A stretch of 64,000 nucleotides of DNA from Oligoflexia bacterium (lineage in GTDB: Bacteria; Bdellovibrionota_B; Oligoflexia; Oligoflexales; JAGOVF01), in contig JAUILP010000001.1 of the NCBI GenBank assembly GCA_030432875.1, positions 39,086-103,085 on the forward strand, given 5' to 3'. Under the pieces are notes generated by a model, which did not search any database, had not been told where the DNA came from, and saw only the letters and a list, made by a program, of their open reading frames with translations. A program made the translations under genes and the position numbers. This document shows, one piece after another, positions 1 to 9,621 of the stretch (position 1 is its first letter; every line of letters begins with the position of its first letter).

Positions 1-1
1 T

Positions 2-349
2 GAGGTTTTCTTTGTTGAAAACGGCTATAACCAAATCGATATGACCGTAAACAGCTATTTTTGGACACTTCCCAAAGGTAGGGTGGTTGAGGATTTTTTT
101 GAATTAGTCGGCAATGTTGTTGGTCTCTGTGGTATCAAAAACTGGGAAGCTGGCACAGAAAGGGATGTTTTAGGTAAGACCTGTGCAGGAATACAGGTGC
201 CTGAAGCTGGTGCGGTAATGGGCAATATTTTTGCCATTACAAGCCATGTGGGTGAACCAGATACACTAAATACCGGAAGATTGGATCAAGATGCTTCAAG
301 CCGCCCAACGGAACTTGATACCATTACCTATTACCGAGTCGAGGAATAG
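2..349 (+). CDS. 3' end of a hypothetical protein (truncated by window edge)
   Basis: Frame is open from base 2 (EVFFVENGYNQIDMTVN...) to TAG at 349; no recognisable motif. Confidence 0.6.
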   Translation, partial: EVFFVENGYNQIDMTVNSYFWTLPKGRVVEDFFELVGNVVGLCGIKNWEAGTERDVLGKTCAGIQVPEAGAVMGNIFAITSHVGEPDTLNTGRLDQDASSRPTELDTITYYRVEE

Positions 350-741
350 TCCACGTGTCGGTGCTTGTAAAGCCGCTTTCGTGTGCGAGGCCTGGTGTGG
401 GGCGGTAGTGTGTCTCCTACCATTAAGTAATGACGCCTAGCGGTTTTTGGGATGCAGGCTTTTTTTTACGCTTGTCATTGATGTCCTAACCCGGCCGCAG
501 TTAAGGCCTTTGCTACTTTAAACGGGAACAAAAATATGTCGTCCGTTGTACGCTTCCTCTGTAAATGCGATAAATTCACCTGCACCTTTGACTTTTGGGA
601 GCAATACGCTTCAAAATAGAAGCTGGGGTCGCGATAATCGCAGAACACAAAAAGTCCCCATCAAATTCTCATATAAAATGATACAATTTAACATAGAAGC
701 TTAAAAATTTTATCGATGCCGCAAACCAGGGAGAGCAAAGT

Positions 742-1767
742 ATGATGTTCTGGATGAGACAAAGATTAGCCCGAAACAGTTTCAAATCACCGGGCATTCT
801 AAAGGGTTTAATATGCCTGAGTATTTTGTTTTTACCAATAAAGTCAAATATATATGGCGCCGAATCCTCCCGTGTATTTCCGAGTGAGTATCAGTCCGCT
901 CCGGGGTTGGCTCTTGGCCTGGGCAATTCCGGCGTTGCGGCCTTTAAAGGTATTGAGGGATTGCAGCTTAACCCCGCCTTAATTGGGCTTGAAAAAACCT
1001 ATAGCATAACGGGTTCCTATTTTTGGCCGGATGAGGGCAGAGAGTACTATCACGCAGGTATTCTGGATGCAAAAACTTCTGCATTTTCTGCTGCTGCAAG
1101 CTATACCGGTTTTATGGAAAAATTAACCGATGAGTCTCTAAAGGATTTTAATCAGGCAGATTTTTACGATGCCAAAACAACGCGGCGGGTTCGCCTTGGT
1201 TTTGGCCAAATTGTTGGCCCGTCTTTGTCTGTGGGGCTTAGCGGACAGTTTGTAACAGCAAAAGATTGGGTGGCACTCCCTGGATCAGGTGAAATAGCCG
1301 AGCTAAAAGAAATAAAAGGCTCGGGGCTCAATGTGGGTATAGCGGGAGCCCTAAGAAATGATCTTCTTTACGGCCTCAGTGTCGAAAACCTCGCAAATAA
1401 TAAAATTAAGCAATATGCCCCGCGAATGTATAGAGCGGGCTTTGCCTATACTGTTTCCCAGTCCCGTTTAACCGTAAATGGTGATTTATCCCAACGGGCT
1501 AGAACCGCGGCTGAGCGAAACCCCTTAGATCAGCATTATCCAGGAGATTTGCAGACAGGAACTTTAGGTCTAATGGTGCAAGCATACGACGTTTTTAGAT
1601 TCCTTGGGGCTTATAGCCATGAACTTAATGATGGCGGGCGCGGTTTATCTGGCGGCGTAGAGCTGATAAATAAAAAATTTTCGATTTCTTACCTTATGCA
1701 CCGACCAGATTTAAAAGAGCGGTATTCTGAGCAGGCGCTTTCATTCAATATGGCCGTTGCCATGTAA
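742..1767 (+). CDS. Outer-membrane beta-barrel protein (PorV/FadL-like)
   Basis: Signal peptide, 'ALGLGNSGVA...LNPALI' N-terminal plug-like motif, alternating amphipathic beta-strands; GGAG RBS upstream. Confidence 0.6.
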   Translation: MMFWMRQRLARNSFKSPGILKGLICLSILFLPIKSNIYGAESSRVFPSEYQSAPGLALGLGNSGVAAFKGIEGLQLNPALIGLEKTYSITGSYFWPDEGREYYHAGILDAKTSAFSAAASYTGFMEKLTDESLKDFNQADFYDAKTTRRVRLGFGQIVGPSLSVGLSGQFVTAKDWVALPGSGEIAELKEIKGSGLNVGIAGALRNDLLYGLSVENLANNKIKQYAPRMYRAGFAYTVSQSRLTVNGDLSQRARTAAERNPLDQHYPGDLQTGTLGLMVQAYDVFRFLGAYSHELNDGGRGLSGGVELINKKFSISYLMHRPDLKERYSEQALSFNMAVAM

Positions 1768-1814
1768 TTAGTTGTGAATCCTCGCATTAATCAAAATTGA
1801 AAAAAGGAATTTTC

Positions 1815-4418
1815 GTGCAAAGACTTTATCTTGACAATGGACTTGAGGTATTTCTCAAAGAGGATCACTTCACTAATTCGGTTTGTATGCAGTGCTGGGT
1901 TGGCGTTGGGTCAGCTTTAGAGACCGAAAAAGAACGCGGCATGGCCCATGTATTGGAGCATATGCTCTTTAAGGGCACAAAAAAATTAAAGGTAGGTGAT
2001 TTTGCCAAAATCGTAGAATCTTCCGGCGGAAATGTAAATGCCTACACCACTTTTGATCGCACCGTATACTACCTAAATGTAACTTCCCCATTCGCACAAA
2101 AAGGGCTGGAGATACTTGCTGACTGCATTTATAACAGCTCCTTTGATGCAGAGGAGCTGAGGAAAGAGCAAGAGGTCATTGTTGAAGAAATAAAACGGGG
2201 CTTAGATAGCCCCTCCTCTCGCCTTGGTTATGAAATGTTTGCCCATACGTATCTGGGAAGTGAACTTGGTCGCCCGGTTATTGGTTCAAAAGAAAGTGTC
2301 GAAGGATTTTCACGTCAAGATTTGGTTCAGTTCCATCAAAAATGGTATACACCTAAAAACCTTCGTGTGCTAGTTGTGGGAAGCTTTAATTCAGAAGAAA
2401 TGCTGGGATGGATTAATACCAATTTTGGCGCCAAAAAAGCCGAGCCATTGCCGGAGCTTCGCATTGAACGGGGGCAATTTCCAGAAAAAATTGATACGTT
2501 TTTGGTGCGCGGCGATTTTCAGCAACCTCGTCTTCAGCTGGTTTTCAAAGGTCCGAATCTTAATGATTCAGACGCCATTTTACTCAGCCTTGGGAGCTTT
2601 GCGTTGGGCTCAGGAGATTTGAGCCGATTTTCGCAGCGACTACGTGATCGTGACGGGGTCGTAGCTAATGTTGGGGCGGGTGTTTGGGCTCCACATTACG
2701 GTGGCTTAATTAACTTTAGTGCCTTTATGGAAGAATCGAGTATTTTTGACGCTATTGAGGGAATTCTGCGAGAAACATTTGCTTTAGCCTATGATGAGCC
2801 AATCACGAGAGAGGAGCTGCAAAGAGCAGAGGTAAATTTAAAGTGTGATAAATATTATCAAGAAGAGACATTAGAGGGCTTGGCTCAAAGCTTTGGTTTT
2901 GGCTTATCAACTGAGCAGAAGTTGTTTTACGAAGACATGTATATGGCAGTGGTTGAGAAGGCGACTCCTGAGGATATCACTCAGGCTTGGCGACGGTGGC
3001 TCGATCCCCAAAAAATGGTCGTAGGTATTTTGCTGTCGGACAAGAGCGATATAGATGAAAAAGCAGTGCAGCTTTTTGTAGAAAAAACTGCCGCGGAACT
3101 CAGTCAGAAATATATGTCCCACAAGGTGGTTTTACCTAAAGTGGCTATGCCTGCAACAACGAAAAAAGCCGAAAAATATGCTGAAGTCTTCAAATTGAAA
3201 AATGGAAGCACTTTTATATATCGCAGGCGCCCCGACGCTAAATTTTTTAATCTCATTGGCACCACTGAAGGCGGTAGTCGCAGCGAAGTCATAGAAAATA
3301 CAGGTATTAGTCAAAGCGCAAGCTCGCTGCTAGCGGAAGCAACCGAGCATCTGACAAGAGATGCTCTTATGCGCAAAATTGAGGGGAGCGGGTCAAGCCT
3401 AGAGGGCTTTTCTGGAAAGGATAGTTTGGGTTTGAGTCTCAACTGCCTTAAAGAAGACTGGCAAAATATGAGTGAAATATTTTGTGCATGCATGCTAGAG
3501 CCTGTATTTCCTGAGCAGCAGTGGCAGACGTTAAAACGTCAAATAGCAGAATCACTCAAAGCTCAAGAAGATTCGCCGTCAGGCCAATGCGTCAAGCAGT
3601 TTCAAGAAAATATGTTTAAAGGACACCCCTATTCCTTCCAGCAAATCGGCAATCAAAAAAGTGTGAATTCCTTCAATACAAAAAACCTCAAAGAGTTTTA
3701 TTTAAAGATTCGGGATAAAGGCCCCTGGATCTTCTCAGCCGTGAGTGCGATGCCCGCTCAAGAAGTCTTCACTTTTTTTGAGGGGTTGATCTCTACATGG
3801 CATCCTCAGTCCTCAGGACAGAAAATTATAAACTCGAGCGATCCTTTTGCCGGAGCTGCGTTTTCTGAAACACCCTATTTTTTAGAAAAAAACAGGGAGC
3901 AGAATCATATACTTTATGGTTTTCCTGGGCTTTCTTGGCGAGACAAAAACAGGGCCACTCTCGATGTGCTCGAAAAAATACTTGGGGGGCAGGGAGGGCG
4001 CTTATTTTTGAAGCTGCGCGATGAGCAAAGCCTCGCCTACTCTATTTCGCCAATAGTTGGCTATGGTGCGGCTCCATGGGCTGTCGGTGCCTATATCGCC
4101 TGTGCGCCGAAAAAAACTGAGCAGGCAATAATAGGGATGAAAAATGAGTTTTTTGCCCTTTGTGATGCGGCTCCAACACAAGAAGAAGTTCAAAGCTCGA
4201 TAAATTACATCATAGGCAATCTCGAACTTGATATGCAGCGCGGTCTTGCACAGGCCCGAAATATGGCGCTCATGGAATGCTATGGGCCTGGTTATGATGA
4301 TTTTGTAACTTATTCCCAAAGCGTACTGGCGGTGACGCCGCAAAAGGTTCAGGCCTTGGCCCAACAACTTTTCGATGCAAAGCGTGCCGTAACCTCGATC
4401 GTGGGGACTACGTACTAA
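1815..4418 (+). CDS. M16 family zinc metallopeptidase (pitrilysin/PqqL-like, two halves)
   Basis: HxxEH (HVLEH), NAYT, second half degenerate with RLF...LRDEQSLAY; GTG at 1815 follows AAAGGA (ORF track starts at 1797). Confidence 0.92.
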   Translation: MQRLYLDNGLEVFLKEDHFTNSVCMQCWVGVGSALETEKERGMAHVLEHMLFKGTKKLKVGDFAKIVESSGGNVNAYTTFDRTVYYLNVTSPFAQKGLEILADCIYNSSFDAEELRKEQEVIVEEIKRGLDSPSSRLGYEMFAHTYLGSELGRPVIGSKESVEGFSRQDLVQFHQKWYTPKNLRVLVVGSFNSEEMLGWINTNFGAKKAEPLPELRIERGQFPEKIDTFLVRGDFQQPRLQLVFKGPNLNDSDAILLSLGSFALGSGDLSRFSQRLRDRDGVVANVGAGVWAPHYGGLINFSAFMEESSIFDAIEGILRETFALAYDEPITREELQRAEVNLKCDKYYQEETLEGLAQSFGFGLSTEQKLFYEDMYMAVVEKATPEDITQAWRRWLDPQKMVVGILLSDKSDIDEKAVQLFVEKTAAELSQKYMSHKVVLPKVAMPATTKKAEKYAEVFKLKNGSTFIYRRRPDAKFFNLIGTTEGGSRSEVIENTGISQSASSLLAEATEHLTRDALMRKIEGSGSSLEGFSGKDSLGLSLNCLKEDWQNMSEIFCACMLEPVFPEQQWQTLKRQIAESLKAQEDSPSGQCVKQFQENMFKGHPYSFQQIGNQKSVNSFNTKNLKEFYLKIRDKGPWIFSAVSAMPAQEVFTFFEGLISTWHPQSSGQKIINSSDPFAGAAFSETPYFLEKNREQNHILYGFPGLSWRDKNRATLDVLEKILGGQGGRLFLKLRDEQSLAYSISPIVGYGAAPWAVGAYIACAPKKTEQAIIGMKNEFFALCDAAPTQEEVQSSINYIIGNLELDMQRGLAQARNMALMECYGPGYDDFVTYSQSVLAVTPQKVQALAQQLFDAKRAVTSIVGTTY

Positions 4419-4895
4419 TTTTTGGGGTCCCGGATTTCCCGATATGTCTTATTCGCAAAAATTAATTCTGATCAAGTAAAAAGAACAGCTGAGGCGGTTT
4501 TGAGGCTCTTCCTCGATACGTCACCTGACAGACTTGGTTTTGATGCGGATACCTGCCTTCTGGTCTTCTGATGTCGGGGGGGGGCGTATAACATGATCCG
4601 AATCAAGCAAATAAAAGCGGCGCGCAAAAAAATTATGCCCCCCCTAGGTTTTTGGCAAAATCTTTTTGCCGCATTTGTTAAAAGCGCGTATAGTTTTGAG
4701 TGTAAAGCCATAGATTCTGATGCAAAAGATTATTTTCAGCGGTGGTTCGTCAGAAAAAAATTCTTGTTTATGATGAAAAAGCGTCGCTTATTTTTTTCAA
4801 GCCCTCACCTCAATCTTCAAACAGAATCTAAATATTGGATCTTAGAGTATAGCTCAGTAGCTATTTTTTCATGTTTTCTCAATTAAGGGTGGCAC

Positions 4896-5558
4896 ATGGG
4901 TTGGTTGACAACAAAAATGAATTCTTCAGTGGGCCAAAAAGTCGTAATGGCGATTACGGGACTCATGCTTTTTGGCTTTTTAATTGTCCATTTATTGGGT
5001 AATTTGAGTTTTTTTCGTGGCCCTGAAGCGATTAACGGCTATGCGGCGACTCTTCACAGTCTTGGAGCGCTCGTATGGGTTGCGCGCTTTATGCTACTGG
5101 GTATTTTTGTCGCTCACTTGAGCATGGCTATAAAGTTAACAATCTCAAATCGTGCAGCGCGACCAGTGCCCTATGTTAATAAAATTTTCCAAAAAACGAG
5201 CGTGGCTAGCCGCTTGATGGTTATCACCGGGCTTATGATCTTGTTTTTCGTTCTCTTTCACTTAAATCACTATACCCTAAAGTGGACCTATCCAGAATTC
5301 AATGACCTTGATGGCGATGTCTATAGAATGATTATTATGGGCTTTTCCCAGCCGCTAACCGCGCTGTTCTATATTTTGGCAATAATTCTTTTAGGTGTGC
5401 ATTTATACCATGGTCTACCAAGTACGGCGCAGTCTCTTGGCATTTATCATAAAAAATATAACTGTGCGATTGTGTTTCTAGGTCGTTTTTTCGCGGTTGT
5501 GATAGCGATTGGGTATATCTCGATTCCTCTTTCAGTGCTTTTCGGAATAATAAAGTAG
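4896..5558 (+). CDS. sdhC: Succinate dehydrogenase cytochrome b558 subunit
   Basis: SSVGQKVVMAITG, five TM helices with heme-ligand His residues, directly upstream of sdhAB. Confidence 0.93.
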   Translation: MGWLTTKMNSSVGQKVVMAITGLMLFGFLIVHLLGNLSFFRGPEAINGYAATLHSLGALVWVARFMLLGIFVAHLSMAIKLTISNRAARPVPYVNKIFQKTSVASRLMVITGLMILFFVLFHLNHYTLKWTYPEFNDLDGDVYRMIIMGFSQPLTALFYILAIILLGVHLYHGLPSTAQSLGIYHKKYNCAIVFLGRFFAVVIAIGYISIPLSVLFGIIK

Positions 5559-5585
5559 TAAATTTTTTGGGGTGATAAAAATATT

Positions 5586-7502
5586 ATGAATTTAGATGCA
5601 AAAATTCCTTCAGGACCAATTGAGAAAAAATGGGCAAAGCACAAGTTTGATATGAAGCTCGTGTCTCCTGCAAATAAACGCAAATACACCGTCGCTGTCG
5701 TTGGTACGGGGCTAGCGGGGGGTGCAGCTGCGGCAACGCTTGGCGAGCTAGGGTACAACGTCTTGTCTTTCTGTTTTCAAGACAGCCCACGGCGGGCACA
5801 TAGTATTGCGGCACAGGGTGGCATAAATGCTGCCAAAAACTACCAAGGTGACGGAGACAGCATCTACAGGCTGTTTTATGACACGGTCAAGGGAGGTGAC
5901 TTTCGCGCTCGGGAAGCCAATGTGTACCGACTTGCAGAAGTTAGTAACAATATTATTGATCAATGCGTTGCTCAGGGGGTGCCTTTTGCGCGCGAATATG
6001 GCGGGTACCTAGACAACCGCTCGTTTGGTGGGGCTCAGGTATCAAGGACTTTTTATGCTCGAGGTCAAACGGGCCAACAGCTACTTTTGGGTGCGTATTC
6101 CTCGTTGATGCGTCAAGTTTCAGCGGGCACGGTAAAGATGTTTGCGCGTACGGAAATGCTGGACATCGTTATTGTCGATGGCCAGGCTCGTGGCGTGGTG
6201 GTTCGCGATCTCGTCAGCGGTGAAGTAAAGTCTTATGCGGCAGACGCGGTTGTTCTAGCCACAGGCGGTTATGGAAACGTGTTTTATCTTTCTACCAACG
6301 CCAAGAACTGCAATGTGACGGCAGCATATAGAGCCTATAAAAAAGGCGCTGGTTTTGCTAACCCTTGTTTTACCCAGATACATCCGACTTGCATCCCTGT
6401 GAGTGGTGATTATCAGTCCAAGCTAACGCTAATGAGCGAGTCTCTTCGTAACGATGGCCGCGTTTGGGTGCCTAAACAAAAAGGCGACAAACGAAAGCCT
6501 GGCGATATAAATGAAGAGGAGCGAGATTATTATCTCGAAAGAAAATATCCGAGTTTTGGCAATTTGGCCCCCAGAGATATTGCCTCTCGGGCGGCAAAAG
6601 AGGCCTGTGACGACGGAAAAGGTGTCGGTGAAAGTGGTTTAGGTGTTTATTTAGATTTTGCCAGTTCCATAAAGCGTTTGGGTGAGGACGCTATTCGGGA
6701 GCGTTATGGTAATTTATTTCAAATGTATGAGCATATTACGGCAGAAAATCCTTACAAGCAGCCGATGCGGATATTTCCTGCTGTTCATTATACAATGGGT
6801 GGTTTGTGGGTGGACTACAATCTACAAAGCACAATACCAGGGCTATTTGTTTTAGGAGAGGCGAACTTTTCGGATCATGGTGCCAATAGACTTGGGGCTA
6901 GTGCCCTGATGCAAGGTTTGGCAGATGGCTACTTTATAATTCCCTATACGATTGGCAACTATCTTGCAGGCGTCAAGCCAAATACAGCTAATAAAGTCGA
7001 AAGCGCAGAATTTAAACATTCAGAAGAAGAAGTTCAGCAAAAAATAAAGAAACTTCTGAGCATTAATGGATCGCGAAGTGTTGATTCCTTCCACCGCGAG
7101 TTGGGGCTTATTATGTGGGATCACTGCGGTATGGCGAGAGATGAAAAAGGGCTAAAAGAAGCGCTCAAAAAAATCCCTAAATTGAGAGAAGAGTTTTGGA
7201 AAGATGTGAGGGTGCTTGGAGATGGAGAAGAATTTAATCAATCCTTAGAAAAAGCAGGTCGTGTCGCAGACTTTTTAGAGTTTGCCGAAGTTATGTGCCG
7301 AGATGCCTTGGAGCGGGAAGAGTCGTGTGGCGGGCACTTTCGTACCGAGTACCAAACAGAAGACGGCGAAGCCAAACGAAATGATGCTGAGTATTGTTAT
7401 GCTTCTGTTTGGGAGCATAAAGGCGACGGGGTGCCGCCGGTTAAACACAAAGAAATGCTATCTTTTGAGAATGTTACATTAGCAACCAGGAGTTACAAAT
7501 AA
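5586..7502 (+). CDS. sdhA: Succinate dehydrogenase/fumarate reductase flavoprotein subunit
   Basis: GxGxx[14 protein letters not shown] (covalent FAD His), QIHPT, HYTMGG, HGANRLG. Confidence 0.97.
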   Translation: MNLDAKIPSGPIEKKWAKHKFDMKLVSPANKRKYTVAVVGTGLAGGAAAATLGELGYNVLSFCFQDSPRRAHSIAAQGGINAAKNYQGDGDSIYRLFYDTVKGGDFRAREANVYRLAEVSNNIIDQCVAQGVPFAREYGGYLDNRSFGGAQVSRTFYARGQTGQQLLLGAYSSLMRQVSAGTVKMFARTEMLDIVIVDGQARGVVVRDLVSGEVKSYAADAVVLATGGYGNVFYLSTNAKNCNVTAAYRAYKKGAGFANPCFTQIHPTCIPVSGDYQSKLTLMSESLRNDGRVWVPKQKGDKRKPGDINEEERDYYLERKYPSFGNLAPRDIASRAAKEACDDGKGVGESGLGVYLDFASSIKRLGEDAIRERYGNLFQMYEHITAENPYKQPMRIFPAVHYTMGGLWVDYNLQSTIPGLFVLGEANFSDHGANRLGASALMQGLADGYFIIPYTIGNYLAGVKPNTANKVESAEFKHSEEEVQQKIKKLLSINGSRSVDSFHRELGLIMWDHCGMARDEKGLKEALKKIPKLREEFWKDVRVLGDGEEFNQSLEKAGRVADFLEFAEVMCRDALEREESCGGHFRTEYQTEDGEAKRNDAEYCYASVWEHKGDGVPPVKHKEMLSFENVTLATRSYK

Positions 7503-8254
7503 TGGATTTCAAGGTACATGTTTGGCGCCAAAAAAACCGAAACTCACAAGGTAAGATGGTCACTTATGAGCTGGCAAACATAAGTGAAGAGATGAGTTTT
7601 TTAGAAATGCTTGATGTGCTTAATGAGCAGCTGATTGGCCGCAATGAAGAGCCGATCGCCTTTGATCACGATTGCCGCGAAGGAATCTGCGGCGCTTGTT
7701 CGGCGGTTATCAATGGTGTCCCTCACGGACCGGAGCATGGCACGACCACATGTCAGCTTCATATGCGCTCCCTAAAGGGTGTTCGTGAGCTATTTGTTGA
7801 GCCATTTCGTTCGCGAGCTTTTCCCATTATAAAAGATTTGGTTGTCGACCGCTCGGCCTTTGACCGTATCATAAGTGCTGGAGGCTATGTTTCGGTAAAT
7901 GCAGGAAGTGCTCAAGATGCTAATAACCTTCCCGTACCTAAGGAAGCAGCGGACAAGTCCTTTGATGCTGCGACGTGTATTGGTTGTGGTGCCTGTGTAG
8001 CGGCATGTAAAAACGCTTCTGCAATGCTTTTTGTCTCTGCAAAGATCTCCCAACTTGCCCTCCTGCCTCAGGGTGACCCTGAGCGAGACCGCCGGGTGAG
8101 CAAAATGGTGAAGCAGATGGATGAAGAAGGTTTTGGAAATTGTACCAATACTTATGAGTGTGAGGCTGCTTGTCCTAAGGAAATAAGTGTTGAAAATATA
8201 GCGCGTCTCAATTGTGAGTTTTTGCGAAGCACTTTTATTAGCAATGAAGAGTAA
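7502..8254 (+). CDS. sdhB: Succinate dehydrogenase iron-sulfur subunit
   Basis: [32 protein letters not shown]; start overlaps sdhA stop. Confidence 0.97.
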   Translation: MDFKVHVWRQKNRNSQGKMVTYELANISEEMSFLEMLDVLNEQLIGRNEEPIAFDHDCREGICGACSAVINGVPHGPEHGTTTCQLHMRSLKGVRELFVEPFRSRAFPIIKDLVVDRSAFDRIISAGGYVSVNAGSAQDANNLPVPKEAADKSFDAATCIGCGACVAACKNASAMLFVSAKISQLALLPQGDPERDRRVSKMVKQMDEEGFGNCTNTYECEAACPKEISVENIARLNCEFLRSTFISNEE

Positions 8255-8258
8255 AAAA

Positions 8259-8498
8259 ATGGCTAAGTTTGAAGTAAACGTGTTTTTAAAACCTGAAGTT
8301 TTGAACCCAGAATCTCGGGCTATTTTGGAAACGATTCATAGACAGGGAATCCCCGATTTAAAAGATATAAAAATCAGTAAAAAGTATATTTTAGAGTTTG
8401 AGTCAAAGACGGACGCCAGTGCTTTGGCCCAAGAAATTGCCAGCACCTACCTAGCAAATTCTGTGGCGGAAAGTTTTACCGTAAGCAAGATTGATTAG
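8259..8498 (+). CDS. purS: FGAM synthase subunit PurS
   Basis: 79 aa from ATG 8259: LKPEVLNPESRAI...LANSVAESF; precedes purQ and purL. Confidence 0.85.
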   Translation: MAKFEVNVFLKPEVLNPESRAILETIHRQGIPDLKDIKISKKYILEFESKTDASALAQEIASTYLANSVAESFTVSKID

Positions 8499-8735
8499 AG
8501 TGGATATTGGGGCGTTGGTGTATTAGCCGCGTGTTAATTGGCAATCACGTTTGAGCCCATATCCAAACGAAGAAGGATCATCCCGCGGAGCAGCAAAAAA
8601 TCTAGGGCCTAAATCTTCGCCGGATGTGTTAACGCTTCGGCGTAGCGATTGGGGCCCTTATGGCGGTTTGGGCTGCTTTAACATCGGCATACTAGAGCTA
8701 ACTGACCCAACTTTTTTCATCATGGAATAGAACAC

Positions 8736-9434
8736 GTGAATAAAAAAATCGGTATTATTAGATTTCCAGGAAGTAACTGTGACCGAGATATGATAGATGT
8801 CCTCCATGATATCTATCAAGTTTCAAGTGCGATTATAGATTATAGAAGCACGTCGATCGGATCTGTAGCGGGCGTTATCGTGCCCGGAGGATTTAGCTAT
8901 GGAGATTATCTGCGTGCAGGAGCCTTAGCCTCACATGCTCCCATAATGCTTGAACTGGCTCAACAGGCGGGAAAAGGGCTTCCTGTTTTGGGGATTTGCA
9001 ATGGTTTTCAAATATTAACTGAGGCACGGCTGCTGCCGGGCACATTATTAAAAAATAAAACCAGGCAGTTTATTTGCGAAACCGTTTATTTGAAAGTAGA
9101 AAAAGGTAGCAGCCTTTATCATAAAAGCCTGGGGCAAGCGTGTTTGAATATGCCGATTGCCCACGGTGAAGGAAATTATGCTATTGATGACAGCGGATTA
9201 AAAAAACTTCACGATCAAGGGCAAATCCTTTTTAAATATGCGAGCAAATCGGGTGTTACCAGTGAAGAGTTCAATCCAAATGGTTCCCGCGCTAATATCG
9301 CGGGGATTACCAACAAGCAGGGCAACGTTTTAGGGTTAATGCCGCACCCAGAGCGCGCAAGCTATGAGAGGCTGAACACCGGGGTGGATGGCCGCGTTTT
9401 ATTATCGAGTTTTCTATCATTATGTGCGATTTGA
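8736..9434 (+). CDS. purQ: FGAM synthase glutaminase subunit PurQ
   Basis: [35 protein letters not shown]. Confidence 0.97.
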   Translation: MNKKIGIIRFPGSNCDRDMIDVLHDIYQVSSAIIDYRSTSIGSVAGVIVPGGFSYGDYLRAGALASHAPIMLELAQQAGKGLPVLGICNGFQILTEARLLPGTLLKNKTRQFICETVYLKVEKGSSLYHKSLGQACLNMPIAHGEGNYAIDDSGLKKLHDQGQILFKYASKSGVTSEEFNPNGSRANIAGITNKQGNVLGLMPHPERASYERLNTGVDGRVLLSSFLSLCAI

Positions 9435-9438
9435 TTTT

Positions 9439-9507
9439 GGATGCTTACAAATTTTTAGGTGGCCCACTGATTTGTTGGGGCTAAAGTGAAATTTAAGCAT
9501 TTTTTTT
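9439..9507 (+). terminator. Long hairpin followed by T-tract between purQ and purL
   Basis: ATGCTTA 9441-47 pairs with TAAGCAT 9494-9500 and encloses TGGCCC/GGGCTA; T8 follows. Confidence 0.4.
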
Positions 9508-9621
9508 ACCAAAGACTTCGATCCGGTTTGGGTCTGTTATCATAAAAAAAGTGCGTCTACAAAGATGGCATCAGAAATATTTTGACATACGTCTAGTTAT
9601 GTAAGAGGGATTTTAATTTTT

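Noticed and set aside
4472-4886. ORFs 4472..4711 (-) and 4593..4886 (+)
   Set aside because: They overlap each other, have atypical composition and no RBS or motif; more likely the sdh promoter region.
8214-8258. N-terminal extension of purS in the ORF track
   Set aside because: Overlaps the sdhB 3' end; ATG 8259 gives a normal-length PurS.
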